A DNA stretch of 39,316 nucleotides from Eubacteriales bacterium. GTDB taxonomy: Bacteria > Bacillota > Clostridia > Oscillospirales > CAG-272. The notes below the pieces were generated by a model that searched no databases, was not told the origin of the DNA, and worked only from the letters and a program-made list of their open reading frames with translations. Location: positions 1 through 39,316 of the forward strand of contig JAZOCY010000037.1 in assembly GCA_045596805.1 (NCBI GenBank), in the 5' to 3' direction. Positions 25,701-33,487 of the stretch are shown here, in pieces; position 1 is the stretch's first letter, and every line of letters starts with the position of its first letter. The position numbers were made by a program, and so were the translations under genes.

Positions 25701-26057
25701 TTAGTTTTTAGATAAAATCATTTCAGCGCATTTCAGCGCTTTACCCGCAAGATTTTTTACACTTTCGTCCGAGTGGTCGGAAAACCTCTTTGAGAGTGAA
25801 ATTAGCTCTTTTGCTACAGCTTGCATTTCTGTAAAGTCAGAGGCAAGACCTAAACGCTCTTCAAGAAAGAAAAGCTCTTCCTCGCCCTTCTTTATAATAT
25901 GGCGAACGCCCTGTCGGGAAATACCCTCGTTTTCGGCAATCTCAGCGAGGGAAAGGTCATCGTCATAATACATTTCAAGTATGCTCCGACTGCGTTCTGA
26001 TAAAACCTCTCCGTAAAAATCAAGCAAATACGGAACGTTCATATTCTTCTCAAACAT
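25701..26057 (-). CDS. ylxM: YlxM/UPF0122 putative HTH protein (SRP operon)
   Basis: LLDFYGEVLSERSRSILEMYYDDDLSLAEIAENEGISRQGV matches the YlxM family. It occupies the conserved position upstream of ffh. Confidence 0.85.
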   Translation of the reverse strand: MFEKNMNVPYLLDFYGEVLSERSRSILEMYYDDDLSLAEIAENEGISRQGVRHIIKKGEEELFFLEERLGLASDFTEMQAVAKELISLSKRFSDHSDESVKNLAGKALKCAEMILSKN

Positions 26058-26093
26058 ACTTACCTCTGAACCTGTAAAACAAATTGCTTTACA

Positions 26094-26122
26094 AGTATAT
26101 CATAATAGTTCGCGTTTGTCAA
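26094..26122 (-). promoter_or_regulatory. promoter for ylxM-ffh operon (TTGACA-17-TATACT)
   Basis: On the minus strand, TTGACA lies at 26122-26117 and TATACT at 26099-26094. Confidence 0.5.
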
Positions 26123-26145
26123 GTGTATTTTTAATATAAAAGGGC

Positions 26146-26211
26146 AAAAAAACGAAAAAAATTAAAAAAAACAAAAAAATAATAAAAAAAATTTAAAAAA
26201 AGTGAAAAAAA
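26146..26211. repeat. seven helically phased A7-A8 tracts (intrinsic bend / UP-element-like)
   Basis: A-tracts start at 26146, 26155, 26164, 26173, 26184, 26195 and 26205, giving spacings of 9, 9, 9, 11, 11 and 10 bp. They lie between the divergent ylxM and rpsT promoters. Confidence 0.8.
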
Positions 26212-26214
26212 GAC

Positions 26215-26243
26215 TTGATATTTTGATATAAATGTGTTATCAT
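26215..26243 (+). promoter_or_regulatory. promoter for rpsT (TTGATA-17-TGtTATCAT)
   Basis: TTGATA at 26215-26220 and an extended -10 TGtTATCAT ending at 26243. Confidence 0.5.
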
Positions 26244-26326
26244 TAATAACTGTATGAAACGCTGTTGAAGTTTCGCACCCTCTCAGGTGAGACTTTGATA
26301 GGATGAAAATTTTAAGGAGGAATAAA

Positions 26327-26590
26327 ATGGCTAATATCAAGTCCGCAAAGAAGCGTATTAAGGTTATTAAAGCAAAGAGCCTTCAGAACCAGATTTTCAA
26401 GACCAATATGCGTACACTTATAAAGAAGTACGACAAGGCGCTTGAGAGTGGAGACAAGACAGCGGCAGAGGCTGCATACAAGGCAGCAGTTAAGAAGATT
26501 GACCAGGCAGTTTGCCGTGGCATCATTCACAAGAACTGCGCAGCTCACAAGAAGAGCAGCTTTACTGTTAAGCTCAATAAAATGGCGTAA
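26327..26590 (+). CDS. rpsT: 30S ribosomal protein S20
   Basis: MANIKSAKKRIKVIKAKSLQNQIFKTNMRT: canonical S20. Start at ATG 26327 after AAGGAGG (the track start at 26303 is rejected). Confidence 0.95.
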   Translation: MANIKSAKKRIKVIKAKSLQNQIFKTNMRTLIKKYDKALESGDKTAAEAAYKAAVKKIDQAVCRGIIHKNCAAHKKSSFTVKLNKMA

Positions 26591-26604
26591 ATATATAAAG
26601 CTAT

Positions 26605-26641
26605 AAAGCACACGGAACGAACCCACTCTGTGTGCTTTTTC
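26605..26641 (+). terminator. rho-independent terminator of rpsT
   Basis: AAAGCACAC-16 nt-GTGTGCTTT followed by TT. Confidence 0.75.
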
Positions 26642-26785
26642 ATTTTGCCTCGCATCGAAACGAGCTGAAATGCCTTTTCTTTTTGTAGATTTTCTTTATT
26701 TCCTTGTTTGTAATTTATAAAAGACGAAAAAAGCAGCCCCAAGCACTTGCAAGGAGCCGCTTTTTATTTAATATTTCTCGTTCAA

Positions 26786-27037
26786 TCAGTTGCTAACATA
26801 GGGAAGAAGAGCAGCCTGACGCGCGCGCTTAATAGCTGTTGTAAGCTCACGCTGATGCTTTGCGCAGGTTCCGGAAACACGGCGAGGAAGAATCTTCGCG
26901 CGCTCGGAAATGAATTTCTTCAATCTCGGAACATCCTTGTAATCGATAACGTCAACTTTATCGGTGCAGAAAGCGCAAACCTTCTTTTTTCTATGCATAT
27001 TAGGACGGAATGAACGCTGTGTATCGTTTCTATCCAT
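26786..27037 (-). CDS. rpsR: 30S ribosomal protein S18
   Basis: [45 protein letters not shown]: canonical S18. Start at ATG 27037. Confidence 0.95.
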   Translation of the reverse strand: MDRNDTQRSFRPNMHRKKKVCAFCTDKVDVIDYKDVPRLKKFISERAKILPRRVSGTCAKHQRELTTAIKRARQAALLPYVSN

Positions 27038-27124
27038 TTTTAATAATCCTAAACCTTTCTGACTCAAAATCTAACTTCACTTGACCTTATGAGCCCTATG
27101 TCAAGAGCGACTTGCGTCGAAAAT

Positions 27125-27577
27125 TCAGAACGGCAAACCGTCGTCTGCTGTGATTTCCTCAAAGTTTGAATCAGGAGCATTCGAATAAGCGGGAGTACCG
27201 TAATTATTTGTGGGAGTAAACTGCGAGGGGGCGCTGTCCTGCGCGCCGCTCTTGGATTCTACGAAGGAAACCTCGTCGGCAACAACCTCTACTGTAGAGC
27301 GCTTGCCTCCGTCCTTATCGGTCCAGTTTCTCGACTGAATCTGTCCGCATACAAGTATGGGACGTCCTTTTTTGAAGTATCTCGACACAAATTCCGCAGT
27401 CTGTCTCCATGCAACAACGTCAATAAAATCTGCTGTCTGCTGGTCCTCTCCTGCTTTTGCAAAACGGCGTTGAATTGCCAGTCTGATACGGCAAACGGAA
27501 ATTCCGTTGGGAGTCTGTTTCAACTCAGGATCGGCAACTAAATTGCCTATTAAAATTACTTTGTTAAAACTTACCAT
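27125..27577 (-). CDS. ssb: single-stranded DNA-binding protein
   Basis: OB fold beginning NKVILIGNLVADPEL, with an acidic C-terminal tip DDGLPF. Confidence 0.95.
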   Translation of the reverse strand: MVSFNKVILIGNLVADPELKQTPNGISVCRIRLAIQRRFAKAGEDQQTADFIDVVAWRQTAEFVSRYFKKGRPILVCGQIQSRNWTDKDGGKRSTVEVVADEVSFVESKSGAQDSAPSQFTPTNNYGTPAYSNAPDSNFEEITADDGLPF

Positions 27578-27594
27578 TTTATGCCCTCCTCAAA

Positions 27595-27954
27595 TTATTC
27601 AGCAACTTCTTCTGCTGTAGCGCTTTCTACTGCAGCCTCAGCTACAGGAGCAGCCTTCTTTTCTGAAGCAACGGTTACCATAGCACGTAAAATGATATCG
27701 GAAATACCGAATACACGCTTCAGCTCAGCAGGGAAATCAGTCGCACTCTTGAATGTAACGCATACAAAATATCCCTCGGTCAAATCGTTGATAGGATATG
27801 CAAGCTTGCGTTTTCCCCACTCGTTTACCTCTTCAACAGTACCGTTGTCGGCAATCAGAGTGGTGTACTTCTCGACAGTAGCCTTGATTTCCTCTTCGGA
27901 AAGTCTTGCGTCTACTACGAACAAAGTCTCATAAGAATTTAACTTTTTCTCCAT
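27595..27954 (-). CDS. rpsF: 30S ribosomal protein S6
   Basis: YETLFVVDARLSEEE...WGKRKLAYPI: canonical S6. Start at ATG 27954 after AAGGAGG. Confidence 0.95.
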   Translation of the reverse strand: MEKKLNSYETLFVVDARLSEEEIKATVEKYTTLIADNGTVEEVNEWGKRKLAYPINDLTEGYFVCVTFKSATDFPAELKRVFGISDIILRAMVTVASEKKAAPVAEAAVESATAEEVAE

Positions 27955-28032
27955 TTTATTACACCTCCTTATGGTCGTTTCGGTCACTTACGTGACAAGG
28001 AGCCGGACTTTTACAGTCCAAACCAATTATAG

Positions 28033-28061
28033 ATTATACCACATGACACTTGTTTTGTCAA
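28033..28061 (-). promoter_or_regulatory. consensus promoter for rpsF-ssb-rpsR (TTGACA-17-TGgTATAAT)
   Basis: On the minus strand, TTGACA lies at 28061-28056 and TATAAT at 28038-28033, with an extended -10 TG. Confidence 0.6.
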
Positions 28062-28144
28062 GTGTTTTAAAAAAATAATATTCAATTCAGGGAAAATATA
28101 GGAATTAACTGTCGCGCGCTTTTAAGTTTTCGGCGCGCAAATGC

Positions 28145-29398
28145 CTATTTCGAGCCGTCAAGCTCGCCATCTTCTTCGGGCGCAGAGTCCTTCGCGCTTT
28201 CAGCAGACGCAGCCGCAAGAAGCTCGGCTTGCAGGTCATAATCAAGATAGAGCTCCGTGTCTATAGGCAGCTTCTTTTTGGCAAGAAGCCTTGTTGATAA
28301 GGATTTAAGCTCTACCGAGACCGTCGTGTAAAGCGGTATCGATATGACGGCGCCCCATAGACCGAACAGGGTATAAAAGACAATAGACATTACTATAGCG
28401 GCGCCTACGTTAGGTCTCAGCTTTTTCTTAAGCATAGCGGGCTCTATTATAAGATTTTCAAATATCTGGGTTACAAGAATAGTTGAAAGCAAAATGAGGG
28501 TATGGTGTCTTGACGTGATGAAGATAGTCACAACCGTCAGAAGCGTGGAAATTATAGGTCCGAATACGGGAACTATATTCAAGACGAGCATTATAAGGAA
28601 TATAAGCGGATAAAACGGAATATTGAACAGTCTGCACACTAAAAACGTAATAGAGCTTATATAGAGAGAGCAGAGAATTCTCGCCGAGAGAAATTCGGTG
28701 AAGTCGGTATAAAGCCGTTTTATGAAGCGCGCTATATTCCTTTCGGCGCGCGGGCTGAAAACAGAAGCCAACGCTTTTCCGAACACCGAGCTTATATATT
28801 TTCTCGACGCAAGGAAATAGACGGACAGAATAAGACCGACAACGATTTCGACAACCTCGCCTACAATCCTTGTACCTACAGACTGGAGTCGCGATACAAG
28901 CGAGCCCTCGTTTGTAGAAAACAGGTCCTCACTTAAATATTTTGCGACGCTGTCGTAAATATTGAAGAGCAGGGGGGAGTCGGACACGAGAGTTTCTATC
29001 CAATGTCGCGTGTTGTTTATTGAAGAAATAAGAGTCGCGCGAAGCTCGGTCACGGTTGAGAGCATCGGCGGAAGTATCATCGTGACCACCAGAGCGACAA
29101 CGAGGAAAAATACGACGTAAATAGTAACGAGAGAAAGCACCTTCACCAATTTAGGTCTTTCTTTTTTTCGGCAGAAGAGCTTTGTAAAAAGCTTTTCGTT
29201 CGTATGCATAAACGGGAAGAAAAACAGAGCGAAGACGGTGCCGTATATTATCGCGCGGATTTCGTGAATAATACCCTTTATAAACTCAATAACCGTGAAA
29301 ATATTAGACGTGAATAGCAAGAACAGCAAGGAAAACAGTATTACGCCCAAAACGTACGCGGATATAGTCAGATACTTCTGATTTAACTTGTTTTTCAT
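28145..29398 (-). CDS. AI-2E family transporter (PerM/UPF0118)
   Basis: About 8 TM helices with an AI-2E-like pattern (NIVPVFGPIISTL...). The C-terminal tail is acidic. It has a 4-nt overlap with the upstream paralog. Confidence 0.8.
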   Translation of the reverse strand: MKNKLNQKYLTISAYVLGVILFSLLFLLFTSNIFTVIEFIKGIIHEIRAIIYGTVFALFFFPFMHTNEKLFTKLFCRKKERPKLVKVLSLVTIYVVFFLVVALVVTMILPPMLSTVTELRATLISSINNTRHWIETLVSDSPLLFNIYDSVAKYLSEDLFSTNEGSLVSRLQSVGTRIVGEVVEIVVGLILSVYFLASRKYISSVFGKALASVFSPRAERNIARFIKRLYTDFTEFLSARILCSLYISSITFLVCRLFNIPFYPLIFLIMLVLNIVPVFGPIISTLLTVVTIFITSRHHTLILLSTILVTQIFENLIIEPAMLKKKLRPNVGAAIVMSIVFYTLFGLWGAVISIPLYTTVSVELKSLSTRLLAKKKLPIDTELYLDYDLQAELLAAASAESAKDSAPEEDGELDGSK

Positions 29399-30612
29399 TT
29401 ATAATCCTCCTCGTCTTCGTTTTTCGAGTGTTGAGGAACGGCGCGAACTGCATCCGTGAAGGAAAAAACGTCAGAATACGCCGAAAGCTCTGTCGGCATA
29501 TTTTTCTTTTCGAGCCGCGCGTTTATAAGATCCTTAATAAGCACGTAGATGGTTGAGAAAAGCGGAATTCCGAGCACCATACCGAGAAGGCCGAACAGAC
29601 CGCCCATAACCGTGACCGCTATAATTACCCATAAAGCGCTCAGACCAACCGCGTTTCCGAGAATTCTGGGCGCGACAATATTTCCGTCTATCTGCTGAAG
29701 CACTAAAATTATTACTGCGAACCAGATGGCCTTCATCGGTGAAAAGATAAATATGATCATAAAGCTGGGGATTGCGCCGAGGAATGGTCCGAAATAGGGA
29801 ATTACGTTTGTAATGCATACAATAACGCTTACAACCGAATAATACGGAATTTTCAATATCCAGCATATGATGAAGGTTGCTATTCCGAGCAGCACCGAAT
29901 CAAAAATACTGCCGATAAAGTATTTGCCAAAGGTGTTGTTGGCAACGTTCAAGACCCTGCAGATGAAGAAAAGCGCTTTTCTCGGAATAAAGGCTGACGC
30001 GTATTTTTTAGAGCTTGCAATGACCTTTTCCTTTTTTAAGAGTATATAAAACGAAAGAACACAGCCGATGAAGATTTTAGCTATAACGGTAAGCGCCCTT
30101 GCGCCCCAATCGGCAATTTGCGTTCCTATATATTCCGTCAGAGAGTCCGCATATTCATAGAATTTTTTCTCTATATCCTCGACATTGAAGGATTCGAACA
30201 GACTCTCCAGCTTTTCAAGCGTTTTTACTATAAAGTCGGTTATCTGTTGAATGAGAATCTCATAGTTTTCTATAATTTTCGGTATCGTCAAAGAGATTAT
30301 GAGCGCTATGACGGCAAGAAGCGAAATATATGCGAGAGCAATTGAAAGAATTCGCTTTAATTTTGCGCTTACGTGCTTCTCGGTTTTGAAATTAAACAGC
30401 TTCTTTTCGTAAAAGCTCATAATGGGATTGCAGATATAAGAAATAACAAGACCGATGATAATAGGAGAGACAATCGTTGAAATTTTATTGAATATGCTTC
30501 TTACCGTAGGGAAATTTACTCCTATCAGAACAATAGCTATGGTTATGGCAAGAATTGCCGCCGCATACATAGATATGGTCAAGTATTTTTTGTTTTTATC
30601 AATTTTAAGCAT
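29395..30612 (-). CDS. AI-2E family transporter (PerM/UPF0118), paralog
   Basis: NVIPYFGPFLGAIP and QQIDGNIVAPRILG motifs. Start at ATG 30612 after GGGAG (the track ORF extends to 30684). Confidence 0.8.
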   Translation of the reverse strand: MLKIDKNKKYLTISMYAAAILAITIAIVLIGVNFPTVRSIFNKISTIVSPIIIGLVISYICNPIMSFYEKKLFNFKTEKHVSAKLKRILSIALAYISLLAVIALIISLTIPKIIENYEILIQQITDFIVKTLEKLESLFESFNVEDIEKKFYEYADSLTEYIGTQIADWGARALTVIAKIFIGCVLSFYILLKKEKVIASSKKYASAFIPRKALFFICRVLNVANNTFGKYFIGSIFDSVLLGIATFIICWILKIPYYSVVSVIVCITNVIPYFGPFLGAIPSFMIIFIFSPMKAIWFAVIILVLQQIDGNIVAPRILGNAVGLSALWVIIAVTVMGGLFGLLGMVLGIPLFSTIYVLIKDLINARLEKKNMPTELSAYSDVFSFTDAVRAVPQHSKNEDEEDYK

Positions 30613-30844
30613 AGCGTCTCCCTTTTTTTCGTATATGTAAAAAAATCCCCGATAACGTACGGAAAATACAACTCCTCTTTCCAATTATAATACATTGTTG
30701 AAAAGATTTCAATATGATTTTATTAACAATAATAGGAAAAACAAAAAATATTGAGAAAATAATTGCAAGAAAAGGGAAAAAGGTGTATAATAATGAAAAA
30801 AACGCATCGGTTCGACTGCTTAATGGATTATTACGGAGAAATAA

Positions 30845-31717
30845 ATGAAAACATATGAGAAGGCAAATGCAAAAATAAACCTTTTCCTTGACGTAGTGGG
30901 AAAAATGGAAAACGGCTTTCACGAAATTCGCTCGGTTATGCATTCGGTTAATTTAAGCGACGGTATTTCAATCGAGCGCCTTTCTTCGGGCGGGGGCAGA
31001 ATAAGTATATTCGTAAGGGGTAAATATTTTTTACCCTGTAATAATAAAAATCTCGCTTATCGCGCCGCAGAGCTTTTTTTTCGCGAGCTGCGCGAGGGGC
31101 ATTCTTTGCGTATAGGAATACACAAAAAAATTCCCGTGTCGGCGGGACTTGCGGGCGGAAGCAGTGACGCAGCGGCTGTCTTAAGGGCGCTTAACAGAAT
31201 AAATTCCTACCCTTTTACAAGGGAAGCGCTTTGCCATATGGGCGAAGAGCTCGGCTCGGACGTTCCCTATTGCATTTTGGGAAAAACTCAGCTCTGCGAG
31301 GGCAGGGGTGAAAAAATGCAGAAGCTTCCCTTAAAGAAGAAAATGAATTTCGTCGTCGCCGTAGGAGACGAACGCGTCTCAACTGCCGCCGCATACGCGA
31401 AATTAGACGAGCTTTACGGAGATTTCAGAGAGCGAAGCTCGGAATCGAAGCAAAAATACGACAATCTTATCAAGGCGATAAACGAGCAGGACGAGAGAGG
31501 CGTAGCTTCAAATATGTATAATATTTTTGAAAGCGCCGTGTTGCCCATGTGCCCGCAGGCGCAGGCAATCAAGGAAAAAATGCTTGAAAACGGAGCGCTT
31601 GGCGCTATGATGAGCGGAAGCGGACCGTCGGTTTTCGGAATCTTTGAAAGCAAGGAGGCGGCAAAGCGCGCCTCTGCCCTCATAGGCGATAACGCTTTCG
31701 TCGCTACGTCTGTATAA
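30845..31717 (+). CDS. ispE: 4-diphosphocytidyl-2-C-methyl-D-erythritol kinase
   Basis: GHMP kinase motifs KINLFLDV and KKIPVSAGLAGGSSDAAA. Confidence 0.92.
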   Translation: MKTYEKANAKINLFLDVVGKMENGFHEIRSVMHSVNLSDGISIERLSSGGGRISIFVRGKYFLPCNNKNLAYRAAELFFRELREGHSLRIGIHKKIPVSAGLAGGSSDAAAVLRALNRINSYPFTREALCHMGEELGSDVPYCILGKTQLCEGRGEKMQKLPLKKKMNFVVAVGDERVSTAAAYAKLDELYGDFRERSSESKQKYDNLIKAINEQDERGVASNMYNIFESAVLPMCPQAQAIKEKMLENGALGAMMSGSGPSVFGIFESKEAAKRASALIGDNAFVATSV

Positions 31718-31753
31718 TCGCCGCAGCTTCCTTTCTTAATCGGTATAATAAGA

Positions 31754-31782
31754 TTGACAAGCAAGAAGAAATATGATATAAT
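31754..31782 (+). promoter_or_regulatory. perfect consensus extended -10 promoter (TTGACA-17-TGaTATAAT) for the TerB/ATPase/helicase cassette
   Basis: TTGACA at 31754-31759 and TGaTATAAT ending at 31782. An AGGAGG RBS lies about 9 nt before ATG 31814. Confidence 0.6.
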
Positions 31783-31813
31783 TTTATGATACGGAAAAAG
31801 GAGGGGCTTATAT

Positions 31814-33487
31814 ATGGGATTTTTTATCTCTGACGAAGATAAGGACGCTTTTTGGGATTTGTCCGAGCTTGTTCCCAAAAGAAGAAAGCCCGTCTCTTCC
31901 TTTTCAAAAAGAATAGACCTTGCCGAGATAAGCGTTTCTTTCGAAGACTCAATGGAAGAGATGCGAGAAGACGGTGAGAAAAGCCGAGAGCGTGAGCTTT
32001 CGTTTAAACCGATAGAGAAGAAAGAAAATATTCAGAACGTGTGCTTAAGCTATACTCCGTCGGATAACAAATTTATAAGAAAAATAGTAATTTCCGAAGA
32101 AAAAGAGGGATATAATTTTTACGGAAGCTTTAAAAAGGACGCCGAAAAATATTACGCCTCGACGGGAGAGAAAAGTGAATTCGTTCCCTATTTTTCAAAC
32201 GTTCCTCAATACAGTCAATTGACAGATGAGCAGAAGAATTATTATTTCTTCTGGCGCGAGCGTGTAAGAGAGGGCGAATATATAAAGTGCGACTACAGCT
32301 ATTTCTGGCTTTACGTTTACGAGGTTGTAAGCTTAAGCTCGCAAATTGCGCCCGAAGACGGAATAAAATTACTCTGCTCGGTCTGGCGCGCGTATCGGAA
32401 GCAGCTTCCCAACATAGATAAAAATATGACGGCTTGGGTTTGCGATTACTGCCTTATTCACGCCCTGCCCTGTCCTACAGAGGAAATTTCGTCTTTTATC
32501 TGCGAGATAATAGAATTTATGCCCCTAAAGGAATTTTATCTCGCCTCGACAAGCTCGTTTGACGAGATAGACGTCGATTATATTATGGGAGTTGCTTCGG
32601 ATTATAACTGGCATATGAGCAGGATTTTAAATTCGGGCAAAGATTCAGAGCTTTTCCTTTCGCATATGAACGCGTCTTTAAAAGAGCCGTTCAAGCTTTT
32701 ATTCAAAAACGGGGAAGTGTCGCTTTCGACGGATGAAATAAGGAGTATGCGCTATTCGGCGTTTAACCGTTCGCTTTGCGGATATTTCACACGTAAAAGC
32801 ATCTACGTCGAATACCATTCTCTTTCTCACTCGGAAAAAATAAGGAACACGGTAACGCAAACGGTAAAGTATGCGGAAAACAGATTGAGAGCCTTTCTAT
32901 CCGTTAAGAGCAGGCTTTCCGTTCCCACCTTGCAAGGGGAATACAGAGCGGCGATAGACGCGTATTACGACGCTCTGACACGAAAGCGGGACAAAGAAAA
33001 GGAAATAAGCTCGCGCCCCTCTTATGAAAGGCTCTACGACGCGCAGGAAAACAGCCTCTCATTTTCGTATGCTGAAAAAATAGAGGAAAGCTCGTGGGAG
33101 CTTGCCAGACGCCTTGCGCCCGAAGAGGAGGCGTGCGAGGTCTTTTCATTCCAAACGCAAGAGCCTAAGAAAGTCGAAAGCGCCCCTGTATGCAAACAAG
33201 AGCTTACAGAATTAGAGGGCGAAGATGGAGAAAGGACTTCAAAAGAAGGCCCTTACGGACTTTCTCCCTTCCATATGGAATTTATTGGCGCGCTTTTGGA
33301 GAAAAGCTTTGCGCGCGCAAAGCAGGTGGCGAGCGCGGCGCGCAGCACGCCCGAGAGTCTTTCTGAAAAAATTAACGAGAGCTTCTCTGATTTTTTCGGA
33401 GACGTGATTATAGAAATAGGCGAAAACGGATGCGCTATAATTTCAGATTATGAAACAGAGGTTGCAGAATGGCTGAAAGAGAATTGA
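31814..33487 (+). CDS. sngA: TerB-N / TerB-C domain protein (Shango SngA-like)
   Basis: The TerB-N signature is PYFSNVPQYSQLTDEQKNYYFFWRERVREGEYIKCDYSYFWLYVYEV...VWRAYRKQLPNIDKNMTAWVCDY. The C-terminal TerB-C-like segment is LSPFHMEFIGALL...KINESFSDFFGDVIIEIGENGCAIISDY. No TM helix was seen. Confidence 0.75.
   Translation: MGFFISDEDKDAFWDLSELVPKRRKPVSSFSKRIDLAEISVSFEDSMEEMREDGEKSRERELSFKPIEKKENIQNVCLSYTPSDNKFIRKIVISEEKEGYNFYGSFKKDAEKYYASTGEKSEFVPYFSNVPQYSQLTDEQKNYYFFWRERVREGEYIKCDYSYFWLYVYEVVSLSSQIAPEDGIKLLCSVWRAYRKQLPNIDKNMTAWVCDYCLIHALPCPTEEISSFICEIIEFMPLKEFYLASTSSFDEIDVDYIMGVASDYNWHMSRILNSGKDSELFLSHMNASLKEPFKLLFKNGEVSLSTDEIRSMRYSAFNRSLCGYFTRKSIYVEYHSLSHSEKIRNTVTQTVKYAENRLRAFLSVKSRLSVPTLQGEYRAAIDAYYDALTRKRDKEKEISSRPSYERLYDAQENSLSFSYAEKIEESSWELARRLAPEEEACEVFSFQTQEPKKVESAPVCKQELTELEGEDGERTSKEGPYGLSPFHMEFIGALLEKSFARAKQVASAARSTPESLSEKINESFSDFFGDVIIEIGENGCAIISDYETEVAEWLKEN

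Noticed and set aside
26131-26340. 69-aa minus-strand ORF (FFYYFFVFFNFF...)
   Set aside because: It is a translation of the poly-A/T tract region between promoters and overlaps the rpsT start. It is low-complexity and not a gene.
28100-28140. GCGCGC palindrome (GTCGCGCGC-N13-GGCGCGC) downstream of the AI-2E genes as a terminator
   Set aside because: The stem is short and self-complementary, and there is no U-tract in either orientation. The evidence is insufficient to call a terminator.
30813-30878. 21-codon upstream ORF (MKKTHRFDCLMDYYGEINENI) overlapping the ispE start
   Set aside because: Its ATG lies directly at the predicted -10/TSS of the ispE promoter, so it is probably not on the mRNA. 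No RBS is present.
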